Under the pieces are notes generated by a model, which saw only the letters and a list, made by a program, of their open reading frames with translations, was not told where the DNA came from and ran no database searches. From the NCBI GenBank assembly GCA_011523315.1, contig WTHE01000457.1, positions 1 through 26,658 of the forward strand: DNA of 26,658 nucleotides, given 5' to 3'. The DNA comes from Candidatus Binatota bacterium. GTDB lineage: Bacteria; Desulfobacterota; Binatia; Bin18. Positions within the stretch are counted from its first letter, which is position 1, and every line of letters begins with the position of its first letter. Both the position numbers and the translations under genes were made by a program. Below, in pieces: positions 17,495-25,106 of this stretch.

Positions 17495-19072
17495 CTACAG
17501 CGGATAGCGCTCCCGCAGCCGGGCTGCGGCTTCGACCATGACCGCCAGCTTGTGCTCGGCCTGCTGGGCCGAAACGATGGGGTTGTCGGCAAAGGTGGCA
17601 AAGCCGCAGTCCGGGTTGAGCAGCACCCGTTCCGGTCCGAACAGGGCCACGGCGCGCTCAGCCTTGGCCAGCACCTCCTCAAGGCTTTCCGTGGTCTGAT
17701 GCTTCTGGTTGACCACGCCGACGCCGATGCGCGCCTCGGCCGGCAGCGCGGCCAGGATTTCCATATCACCGGCCCGCGGGGTACACATTTCGAGGAAAAA
17801 CGTCCCCACCGGCAGCTTTTGCAGGAGCGGGATGAGCGGCACATAGTCGCCGGCCAGAGCAACGCTCTCGTCCGGGGTCCAGTTGCCGCGACAGATGTGT
17901 ATGCCCAGGCGTTCGCGTGGCAGACCGGCGACGACCTGTCGAATGAGTGATTCGGCGAAGGCGAGTTCGGCTGCGGGTTCGCGTTTTTCTCCCAGGGCAC
18001 CGCACATGAAGGTGCGGTTGGTGAGCGTGCCGCTGAAGACGACCTCGGTCAGAACCGGCTCGTCGAGCTGGACCAGGGACACGCCGGCGGCCAGCAGATG
18101 ATGCACCTCCTCGCGCAGCACCCGGACGATGTCGGTGGCGAGGTCTTCACGGGTGTCGTAGGCCCGGTCTGAGATACACTCCATCCACATCGTCCGGGTC
18201 AACAGGTAGGGGCCGGGCAGGGCGACTTTCAGCGGCGCCGGGGTCAGACCCCGCAAGAACTCGGCCTCGTGAACGGTGAGCGAACGGCTGCGCCCCAGGG
18301 GGCCGAACACTGCGGGATGGCGGACTCTGCCGGCCGGCACGTCCAGGGCGCGCAGCTCGCGCTCAAATTCGTGCGGATCGTCAACATAGGGCAGCAGGTC
18401 GGTGATGGGGATCAGCTGACAGTTGTCGAGCAGGCCACCCACAAAGCTGGCGTAGTTGTCGCGGTGCTGCTCGCCGTCGGTCACGACCTGGACCCCGGCC
18501 CGCTGCTGGGCGGCAACCGCCAGCCGCACCGCGTCTTCGGCCGTGCGGGAAAATTCGTCGTCCGGCATCCGCCCTTCGAGATGGTCGTTCAGCGCCCGCA
18601 GCAACCACGGCGGACGTGGCCAGCTCCCGATGTTCATGACCGACAGCGGGGCAATGGCCGGAGCGGGCTGGGGGGCCGGCAGCCGGTCGGGAATGACCAC
18701 CTCTTTGATCGGCTGGGTGATCGGCGCCGGTTCCCTGTCCGTGCGCGGCGTTCGCGTTTTTTTGTGCCGATTCTTCTGGACAGGTGACGGTGTAGGCGCC
18801 CGGTCGGCCGGCTTGTGATGCGGCCCTTTGGAGACCAGAAAACTGTTCTGCCCGCCGCGCCGGATATGGGACACCAGCTCATTCTTGGTCAGACGACACC
18901 AGGCCGGCAGGTCTTCGACGACCGAGGATTCGGTTGACAGGATCTCGAGCAGCTGGCCGGGGGTGAGCGGATCGATATGTTTGCGGATCAGCAGCAGCAG
19001 GCCGTTTCCGCAGTCGAGATCGCCACCGTCAAAACTGTCGTGCGGCTGGTACGGGTGCTCATCCATTGCCAT
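17495..19072 (-). CDS. Fusion of an N-terminal TusA/SirA-like sulfur-carrier domain and a cobalamin-independent methionine synthase II (Meth_synt_2/MetE C-terminal) catalytic domain
   Basis: aa 8-83: FDGGDLDCGNG...GQLLEILS...EDLPAWC...NELV (TusA pattern). aa 144-525: GSWPRP, TDGEQHR, LPGPY, QLDEP, HICRGN, LE and NPDCGF, giving zinc ligands H392, C394, E428 and C489. True start may be ATG 19066, which has better SD spacing. Confidence 0.88.
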   Translation of the reverse strand: MAMDEHPYQPHDSFDGGDLDCGNGLLLLIRKHIDPLTPGQLLEILSTESSVVEDLPAWCRLTKNELVSHIRRGGQNSFLVSKGPHHKPADRAPTPSPVQKNRHKKTRTPRTDREPAPITQPIKEVVIPDRLPAPQPAPAIAPLSVMNIGSWPRPPWLLRALNDHLEGRMPDDEFSRTAEDAVRLAVAAQQRAGVQVVTDGEQHRDNYASFVGGLLDNCQLIPITDLLPYVDDPHEFERELRALDVPAGRVRHPAVFGPLGRSRSLTVHEAEFLRGLTPAPLKVALPGPYLLTRTMWMECISDRAYDTREDLATDIVRVLREEVHHLLAAGVSLVQLDEPVLTEVVFSGTLTNRTFMCGALGEKREPAAELAFAESLIRQVVAGLPRERLGIHICRGNWTPDESVALAGDYVPLIPLLQKLPVGTFFLEMCTPRAGDMEILAALPAEARIGVGVVNQKHQTTESLEEVLAKAERAVALFGPERVLLNPDCGFATFADNPIVSAQQAEHKLAVMVEAAARLRERYPL

Positions 19073-19126
19073 GACTCCTGGGCCCTCGTCTCTGAGCTAC
19101 GGCGGCAAACGGGAGAACGATTCGGA

Positions 19127-19489
19127 TCAGTACGACACACACGGCGTGCCGTCGGCCAGATACTCGATCAGCTTGGCCCCGCCGACGATCTTCGCCCCCG
19201 GCACCAGACTGTTCTCGTCCAGGCCCCGTTTCTTGAAGCACGGCGAGCACACATAGATCGTCCCGCCGGCCTCGGCGTAGTTCGTCATCAGCTCTTTGAG
19301 GGGCAGAAAGCCGTCTTCACGGATATCGTCGGCATAGCCGTTGACGGCCAGACGCACGCCTTCGGTACTCAAGAATACCAGGGTTTTCTGGTCGGAGCCG
19401 ACTGCGGCATTGGCAATCACAAAGGCGACGGTGGCTTTATCCGGGTTGTCTTTGGCGTGGGTGAGAGAAACACAGAATTTACCTGGCAT
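19127..19489 (-). CDS. DsrE/DsrF-family sulfur relay protein (120 aa)
   Basis: DKATVAFVIANAA, VFLSTEGVRL, GGTIYVCSPCFKKRGL and IVGGAKLIEY match the DsrE-like fold pattern. ATG 19489 follows AGGAGG (the track's 19570 extension is not supported). Confidence 0.88.
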   Translation of the reverse strand: MPGKFCVSLTHAKDNPDKATVAFVIANAAVGSDQKTLVFLSTEGVRLAVNGYADDIREDGFLPLKELMTNYAEAGGTIYVCSPCFKKRGLDENSLVPGAKIVGGAKLIEYLADGTPCVSY

Positions 19490-19529
19490 GGGATCCTCCT
19501 TCGCATGTGGGTGGCAGGTCGATGGGGGC

Positions 19530-19558
19530 ATCATAGCCAGCCGTACCGGGTCCCGCAA
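19530..19558 (-). promoter_or_regulatory. Sigma70-type promoter for the dsrE operon
   Basis: Minus strand TTGCGG (19558-19553), 17-bp spacer, TATGAT (19535-19530). Confidence 0.55.
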
Positions 19559-19581
19559 CGCGGGCCGCAACAGTCAGCGTC

Positions 19582-19611
19582 TTGCTGCCCCGCGTCTTCT
19601 CCCGCTATACT
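19582..19611 (+). promoter_or_regulatory. Sigma70-type promoter for metY-metX-metW
   Basis: TTGCTG (19582-19587), 18-bp spacer, TATACT (19606-19611). Confidence 0.55.
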
Positions 19612-19679
19612 CGGACGAACGCCAGCTACCTTGGCAAGAGGGGCGCGGCCGAGCCTGGCATCACGAGGGAGAATAACGC

Positions 19680-20978
19680 ATGAGTGCCAACCAGACGAAG
19701 GATCGCCAATACGGATTCAGCACCCGTCAGCTGCACGCCGGCCAACAGCCCGATCCAACCACCGGCAGTCGGGCGGTGCCGATCTACCAGACGACCTCCT
19801 ATCAGTTCAAAGACACCGGGCACGCGGCCGACCTGTTTGCTCTCAAAGAGCCCGGCAATATCTATACCCGCATCATGAATCCGACCAACGATGTCCTGGA
19901 GCAGCGCCTGGCCTCGCTCGAAGGCGGGGTCGGCGCCCTGGTTTCCAGCAGCGGCCACGCGGCCCAGATGATGGCTATCATGGCCCTGTGCGGGCAGGGC
20001 GATCATATCGTCAGCAGTAGCCGCCTGTACGGCGGGACGTATAACCAGTTCACCCACACCTTTCCGCGCATGGGGATTACGACGACCTTTGTCGATCCGA
20101 CCAAACCCGAGGAGTTTGCCGCTGCGGTCCAGCCCAACACCAAGATTCTGTACGGTGAGACCCTGGGCAACCCGGACATTACGGTTTTCCCGTTCGACGA
20201 GGTGTCCGAGGTGTCGCGGACCAAGCGCGTGCCGTTCATGCTGGACAACACCTTTGCCACGCCCTACCTGTGCCGGCCGTTTGAGTGGGGGGCGCACATT
20301 GTGACCCACAGCACGACCAAGTTTCTGAGTGGGCACGGCACGGCGATTGGAGGGGCGATTGTTGACGGCGGCAATTTTGACTGGCGCAGCGGACGCTTCC
20401 CCAATTTCACCGAACCGGACCCGTCCTACCACGGCTTGGTGTACGCCGACCTGGGCGCCCCGGCCATGATTCTCAAGTCTCGCGTGCAGATCCTGCGCGA
20501 CGTGGGTGGCTGCCAGGCGCCGTTTGACAGTTTCACCACCTTGCTCGGGGTTGAGACGCTGAGTCTGCGTATGCAGCGGCATGTCGAAAACGCCCAGCAG
20601 GTGGCCGAGTTTCTCGACACCCACCCCGGGGTCGAGTCGGTCGCCTTTCCCGGTCTGGCCCAGCATCCGGACCACGCCAGAGCCCAGAAATATCTCCCCC
20701 GCGGCGCCGGATCGATCCTGGGCTTTCGGATCAGGGGCGGGCGTGTGGCGGGCGAGACCTTCATCAACAGCCTCACACTCCACAGTCATGTGGCCAATGT
20801 CGGGGATGCCAAGAGCCTGGCCATTCACCCGGCCAGTACGACCCACAGCCAGCTCAACGAGGACGAGCTGCTGAGCGCCGGGGTGTCGCCCGATTTCGTC
20901 CGGCTGAGTGTCGGTATAGAAGACATTGATGACATTGTGTGGGACCTGGACCAAGCCCTCAGGACGGCCAGCAGCTAG
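19680..20978 (+). CDS. metY: O-acetylhomoserine aminocarboxypropyltransferase (sulfhydrylase)
   Basis: AVPIYQTTSY, YTRIMNPT, HSTTKFLSGHG (PLP-Lys), ETLSLRMQRH, NVGDAKSL and RLSVGIE motifs. SD GAGGGAG. Confidence 0.92.
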   Translation: MSANQTKDRQYGFSTRQLHAGQQPDPTTGSRAVPIYQTTSYQFKDTGHAADLFALKEPGNIYTRIMNPTNDVLEQRLASLEGGVGALVSSSGHAAQMMAIMALCGQGDHIVSSSRLYGGTYNQFTHTFPRMGITTTFVDPTKPEEFAAAVQPNTKILYGETLGNPDITVFPFDEVSEVSRTKRVPFMLDNTFATPYLCRPFEWGAHIVTHSTTKFLSGHGTAIGGAIVDGGNFDWRSGRFPNFTEPDPSYHGLVYADLGAPAMILKSRVQILRDVGGCQAPFDSFTTLLGVETLSLRMQRHVENAQQVAEFLDTHPGVESVAFPGLAQHPDHARAQKYLPRGAGSILGFRIRGGRVAGETFINSLTLHSHVANVGDAKSLAIHPASTTHSQLNEDELLSAGVSPDFVRLSVGIEDIDDIVWDLDQALRTASS

Positions 20979-21009
20979 CGCTCCGGCGGAGAGCTGACCG
21001 AGACAACCC

Positions 21010-22230
21010 ATGAGCAGTACTGGCGATGTCGGCGCTGTCCAGCCGCACCAATTCACCTTCGCCCAGCAGCAGCCGTTTCCGCTCGACAGCGGGGCTACGC
21101 TGAGCCCGGTCAGCCTCACCTATGAGACCTATGGCCAGCTGAACGCGGACCGCTCGAACGCCATTCTGATCACCCATGCGTTGAGCGGGAGTGCCCACGC
21201 CGCCGGCCACTACGAGCCCGAGGACGGGCGTCTGGGCTGGTGGGACGACTGCATCGGACCGGGCAAAGCCTTCGATACCGACCGGTTCTTTGTCATCTGC
21301 AGCAACGTCCTGGGCGGCTGTTACGGCTCGACCGGTCCGACCCATATCGATCCGGCCACCCAGACGCCGTACGGCATGCGTTTCCCGGTGGTGACCATAG
21401 GCGATATGGTTCGCGCCCAGGTTCGGCTGGTGGATTACCTGGAGATTGACCAGCTGCTATGCGTGGCCGGCGGCTCCATGGGCGGTATGCAGGCCCTGGA
21501 GTGGGCGGCCGCGTATCCGCAGCGCGTCCGGGCGGCCATCCCGATCGCCACCACGGCCCACCACAGCCCGATGCTGATCGCGCTGAGCGAGGTCGGCCGC
21601 CAGGCCATTTACGCCGACCCGGCCTGGAATAACGGCGATTATCATGACGCCGAGGTCAAGCCCGACGCCGGGCTGGCGGTGGCCCGGATGGTCGGCCACA
21701 TTACCTATTTGAGCGAAGAGTCCATGCAGCAGAAGTTCGGCCGCCGTTTGCAGGACCGCGTCCGCTACGGCTATGAATTTCGGACCGAGTTTCAGGTTGA
21801 GAGCTATCTGAAATACAAGGGCAATAATTTTACCCGTCGGTTTGACGCCAACAGCTATCTGTATATCACCAAGGCGATGGACTATTTCGACCTGAGCGCC
21901 GCGACCGGTTCCCTGGCCGCCGCGTTTGCCAACTCGGCCGCGCTCAAATACCTGGTCGTCAGCTTTACCAGCGACTGGCTGTATCCGAGCTATCACAGCA
22001 AGGAGCTGGTCAGCGCGCTGACCGCCGCCGGGGCCGATGTCACCTATCTCGACGTGCAGAGTTCGTGGGGACACGACGCGTTTCTGCTCGAAGTCGAGAC
22101 CATGACCAGCTTACTCGGCAGTTTTCTTGACCGCCTGGTCCACGATGAGGACATCGCTCTGCCCGCCGGCCCCTCGTCCCATCCGCCGACCCGCAATCAC
22201 AAAGGGCGGAAGACCGGGGTGGCCGCATGA
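21010..22230 (+). CDS. metX: Homoserine O-acyl(acetyl)transferase
   Basis: HALSG, GGSMGGMQA (nucleophile Ser), ARMVGHITY, RFDANSY, SDWLYP and GHDAFL motifs. Acetyl versus succinyl specificity not determinable by eye. Confidence 0.93.
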   Translation: MSSTGDVGAVQPHQFTFAQQQPFPLDSGATLSPVSLTYETYGQLNADRSNAILITHALSGSAHAAGHYEPEDGRLGWWDDCIGPGKAFDTDRFFVICSNVLGGCYGSTGPTHIDPATQTPYGMRFPVVTIGDMVRAQVRLVDYLEIDQLLCVAGGSMGGMQALEWAAAYPQRVRAAIPIATTAHHSPMLIALSEVGRQAIYADPAWNNGDYHDAEVKPDAGLAVARMVGHITYLSEESMQQKFGRRLQDRVRYGYEFRTEFQVESYLKYKGNNFTRRFDANSYLYITKAMDYFDLSAATGSLAAAFANSAALKYLVVSFTSDWLYPSYHSKELVSALTAAGADVTYLDVQSSWGHDAFLLEVETMTSLLGSFLDRLVHDEDIALPAGPSSHPPTRNHKGRKTGVAA

Positions 22231-22270
22231 GGGTGCAGCCGCTTCGCGCGTTCTGCCCCCAGGCCGCTCC

Positions 22271-22873
22271 GTGAACCCTGTCGGTCTGCGTTCCGATCTG
22301 CTGGTGATTGCCGAGCTGGTCCCCTCCCAGGTCCGTATTCTTGACCTGGGGTGTGGGGACGGTGCCCTGCTGGAGTATCTCGTCCGTGAGAAACAGGTGA
22401 CTGGACGGGGCATTGAGCTGGGCGAGGCTGGGGTTCTGACCTGCGTCCGGCGCGGTTTGAGCGTGCGCCAGGGCAACCTCGAAGAGGGACTGGCCGATTA
22501 TCCGGCGGCCAGTTTCGACTATGTGATCCTGAGCCAGACGCTGCCGTTTCTGGACGATCCGGCCATGATCGTCGAGGAGATGCTGCGGGTCGGCAAACAG
22601 GCGATTGTCAGTTTTCCCAACTGGGGCTATTGGCGGTGCCGGTTTGAGCTGCTGCTGACCGGGCGTATTCCGCACGCCTCCGACCTGCCCGAACGCTGGC
22701 ACGAGACGCCCCGCTGGCAGGCCTTCACGGTGGCCGATTTTGGCGACTTCTGCCGCCGGCTGGGGGTGCGTATTACGCAGGAGCGCTATCTGGCCCACAC
22801 GCGCCGCCTGAAAAATATCCGCTATAAGAATCTGCGGGCGACGACCGCAGTGTTCAGTCTGGAAAAATGCTGA
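22271..22873 (+). CDS. metW: Methionine biosynthesis protein MetW
   Basis: RSDLLVIAELV, ILDLGCGDG, FDYVILSQTL and VSFPNWGYWR motifs, directly after metX. Start set at GTG 22271 (the track's 22127 overlaps metX). Confidence 0.88.
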   Translation: MNPVGLRSDLLVIAELVPSQVRILDLGCGDGALLEYLVREKQVTGRGIELGEAGVLTCVRRGLSVRQGNLEEGLADYPAASFDYVILSQTLPFLDDPAMIVEEMLRVGKQAIVSFPNWGYWRCRFELLLTGRIPHASDLPERWHETPRWQAFTVADFGDFCRRLGVRITQERYLAHTRRLKNIRYKNLRATTAVFSLEKC

Positions 22874-22876
22874 GCC

Positions 22877-22912
22877 AAAAAAACGGGGCCTCCCCCATAG
22901 GAGACCCCGTTT
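22877..22912 (-). terminator. Intrinsic terminator downstream of the DyP gene (possibly bidirectional)
   Basis: Minus strand AAACGGGGTCTCC-TATGGG-GGAGGCCCCGTTT followed by TTTT (run of 7 T in total). Confidence 0.8.
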
Positions 22913-22933
22913 GCTGCGAGGCGGAGTGCTGCG

Positions 22934-23857
22934 CTACGACAGCGCCTTGTCAAGCGTCTCGACCGACGGGGCAAAATAGAACGAGCCCGATGCCGGGTTG
23001 CTGTACGATGTCAGCCGGTCACGTACCTGGCCATCTATCCCATACATGGCCCGCATGCGCTCGCGCAGCGGCGCCTGAGCCTTGCAGAAGGCCATGAAAT
23101 ACAGGCCGACCGTCCCATCGTGGAAGGCATACGGCGTCGACCGGCGGGAGATCTCGTCGCGCTTGGGCGTGCTCTCATCGCCCGTTTTGCCCTCACGTAG
23201 CTCGTGGTGGGCCAGGTGCGAGTGGGGCGGCAGGGGGGACAGCTTGGCGGATTCATCGCCCTTGGTCCGACCAAAGACTTTTTCCTGTTCATCGACCGGC
23301 AGCAGATTAAACGCCTCCAGGTCATGAATCCAGCGCTGGGCGATGATAAAGCTGCCACCCGCGCCGGGTTCGCCGTCCGGCACGACGGCCACCTCGACAT
23401 CGCGCTCGGGGTCAGGGTTGCCGGTCCCGTCTTTGAAGCCGGTCATGTCAAAGGAGTTGCCATAGATGAAGGTCATGGTCTCGCGGGCGACGCGCATGTC
23501 CTCCCTGAGCGCCTCGCGGGCGTCATACTGCGTCTTCCAGACCTTGTCTTTGTCGTCGTGGTTCAGCCAGAACAGCAGCTCTTCCTGGGTCCCCTTGGCC
23601 TCTTTGCCGCTGCCATCAACAGACCGAAAGGTTTCGTAGGGCTGAAAATCGTTGGGCACATCATCCGTCAGGTCTGACAATAGGCTGGGACCAACACCGA
23701 TGGTCAGGTTGATGCCCTGATCATCGCAGTCTTTGCGCAGTTGCGAGACAGCAGCCTTGATCCGACCCATATCTGCGCCGTCCAGACGACTCAGATGAAC
23801 GTACCATTGGTGCTTCCCCATATCCCTGTTCAGTACGGCAGGTTGAGGTGTTGCCAT
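22934..23857 (-). CDS. Dye-decolorizing (DyP-type) heme peroxidase
   Basis: GFKDGTGNP (GxxDG), QRWIHDL, VFGRTK, HSH (proximal His), ISRRSTPY (distal Arg) and FYFAPS motifs. SD AGGAGGA. Confidence 0.9.
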   Translation of the reverse strand: MATPQPAVLNRDMGKHQWYVHLSRLDGADMGRIKAAVSQLRKDCDDQGINLTIGVGPSLLSDLTDDVPNDFQPYETFRSVDGSGKEAKGTQEELLFWLNHDDKDKVWKTQYDAREALREDMRVARETMTFIYGNSFDMTGFKDGTGNPDPERDVEVAVVPDGEPGAGGSFIIAQRWIHDLEAFNLLPVDEQEKVFGRTKGDESAKLSPLPPHSHLAHHELREGKTGDESTPKRDEISRRSTPYAFHDGTVGLYFMAFCKAQAPLRERMRAMYGIDGQVRDRLTSYSNPASGSFYFAPSVETLDKALS

Positions 23858-23889
23858 GTAATCCTCCTCTCTGAAATTTGCTACTCCCC

Positions 23890-23918
23890 CTCTTATCCAG
23901 CACAGCTGAGACTGTCAA
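23890..23918 (-). promoter_or_regulatory. Candidate sigma70 promoter for the DyP gene
   Basis: Minus strand TTGACA (23918-23913), 17-bp spacer, TAAGAG (23895-23890). Perfect -35, imperfect -10. Confidence 0.5.
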
Positions 23919-23984
23919 GATTAGGCGCCTCTCCCAGCCTGGCCGCCGGTGTCCTTTTGGCCGCGGCTGGGATAGATTGGGCGC

Positions 23985-24281
23985 GTGGATCAGCGTGACA
24001 CAGCGACCTCTGGCCTCCTCGCCGGCTTCGGGGCAATTGGGCGACGGAGTCTGATCGGCCTGCTGCGCGGCTATCAGCGCCTGGTATCGCCGCTCCTGCT
24101 GGCCGTGTTCGGTCCGCAGGCCGGCTGTCGTTTTTCGCCCAGCTGTTCCCAGTACGCTATCGAGTGTTTTCAGCTCCATCCCTTCTTCTACGCCTTGGGC
24201 CTGGCGCTCAAACGGCTCGGCCGCTGTCACCCCTGGTGTGCCGGCGGCTGTGATCCTGTCCCCCGACCCCGTTCTCGCTAG
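23985..24281 (+). CDS. yidD: Membrane protein insertion efficiency factor YidD
   Basis: YQRLVSP, CRFSPSCSQYA and RLGRCHPW...GGCDPVP motifs. Start codon uncertain. Confidence 0.88.
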   Translation: MDQRDTATSGLLAGFGAIGRRSLIGLLRGYQRLVSPLLLAVFGPQAGCRFSPSCSQYAIECFQLHPFFYALGLALKRLGRCHPWCAGGCDPVPRPRSR

Positions 24282-24296
24282 CCGCAGGAAGGCTCC

Positions 24297-25106
24297 ATGC
24301 GCATTATTTCGTGCAATCTCAACGGTATCCGCTCGGCCGCCCGCAAAGGATTTTTTGTCTGGCTGGCAGACCAGCAGCCCGACCTGGTGTGTGTCCAGGA
24401 GCTGAAAGCCCAGGAGGCCGATCTGTCCCCCGCTCTGCTCCAGCCCCCGGGTCTGAGCGGATATTTCCATCCGGCCGAAAAGCGCGGCTATTCCGGAGTC
24501 GGGGTGTATGCCCGGCGTCCGCCAGACGCCCTGCGCTGCGGCTGGGGCCACGCCGATATCGATGCCGAGGGACGCTACCTGCGGGCCGATTTTGGCCGGC
24601 TGAGCCTGGTTTCGCTGTACCTGCCGTCGGGGTCGAGTTCAGAGCAGCGCCAGGCGGCCAAGTATGCGTTCATGGACCGCCTCCTTCCCGAGCTGCGCGC
24701 GCTGCGGGCCAGTCGCAGACACGTGGTGGTGTGCGGAGATTGGAACATCGCCCATACCCAGAAGGATTTGAAAAACTGGCGCTCGAATCAGAAGAATTCG
24801 GGTTTTCTGCCCCAGGAACGGGAGTGGCTAACGGGTGTCTTTGACGAGGTCGGCTTTGTGGATGTGTTCCGACGCCTGAATCACGAACCCGAGCAGTATA
24901 CCTGGTGGTCAAACCGGGGGCAGGCCTGGGCCAAGAACGTTGGCTGGCGGCTGGACTACCAGATTGCCACCCCTGGCCTGGCGGCCAAGGCTCGCCAGAC
25001 GTGGATTTATAAAGACCGGCGCTTTTCCGATCACGCGCCGCTGATTATTGATTACGACTACGAGCTTGCTCCGGCTCGCAAAAAACGGGCTGGTCGTGCG
25101 GCCTAG
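24297..25106 (+). CDS. xth: Exodeoxyribonuclease III / AP endonuclease
   Basis: NLNGIRS, QELKA, GYSGV, CGDWNIAH, YTWWSNRG, GWRLDY and SDHAP motifs. SD AGGAAGG. Confidence 0.95.
   Translation: MRIISCNLNGIRSAARKGFFVWLADQQPDLVCVQELKAQEADLSPALLQPPGLSGYFHPAEKRGYSGVGVYARRPPDALRCGWGHADIDAEGRYLRADFGRLSLVSLYLPSGSSSEQRQAAKYAFMDRLLPELRALRASRRHVVVCGDWNIAHTQKDLKNWRSNQKNSGFLPQEREWLTGVFDEVGFVDVFRRLNHEPEQYTWWSNRGQAWAKNVGWRLDYQIATPGLAAKARQTWIYKDRRFSDHAPLIIDYDYELAPARKKRAGRAA

Noticed and set aside
19073-19129. dsrE is in frame with the tusA-metE fusion, suggesting TGA (selenocysteine) read-through into a triple fusion
   Set aside because: A second in-frame stop (TAG) lies ten codons after the TGA, the downstream gene has its own AGGAG RBS, and no SECIS-like hairpin was recognised.
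19612-19679. SAM-III (SMK)-like string AACGCCAG..CCTTG..GAGGGG and, on the minus strand, the SAH-riboswitch-like GCCAGGCTCGG in the metY leader
   Set aside because: Only fragments match. The SAH 5' GAGGAGCG(C/U)UGC element is not on the same strand, the SMK-like GGGG is not the SD, and SAM-I/II/IV cores are absent. An Rfam/Infernal scan would settle it.
342-21119. Long antisense ORFs in the track (e.g. 342-1676, 2128-3048, 8877-10475, 10330-11238, 19626-21119)
   Set aside because: They lie opposite well-supported genes and show no recognisable motifs. They are the expected shadow frames of GC-rich codon usage.
22934-23857. DyP as encapsulin cargo
   Set aside because: The protein ends ...ETLDKALS with no targeting extension such as GSLxIGSLK, and no encapsulin gene is adjacent.
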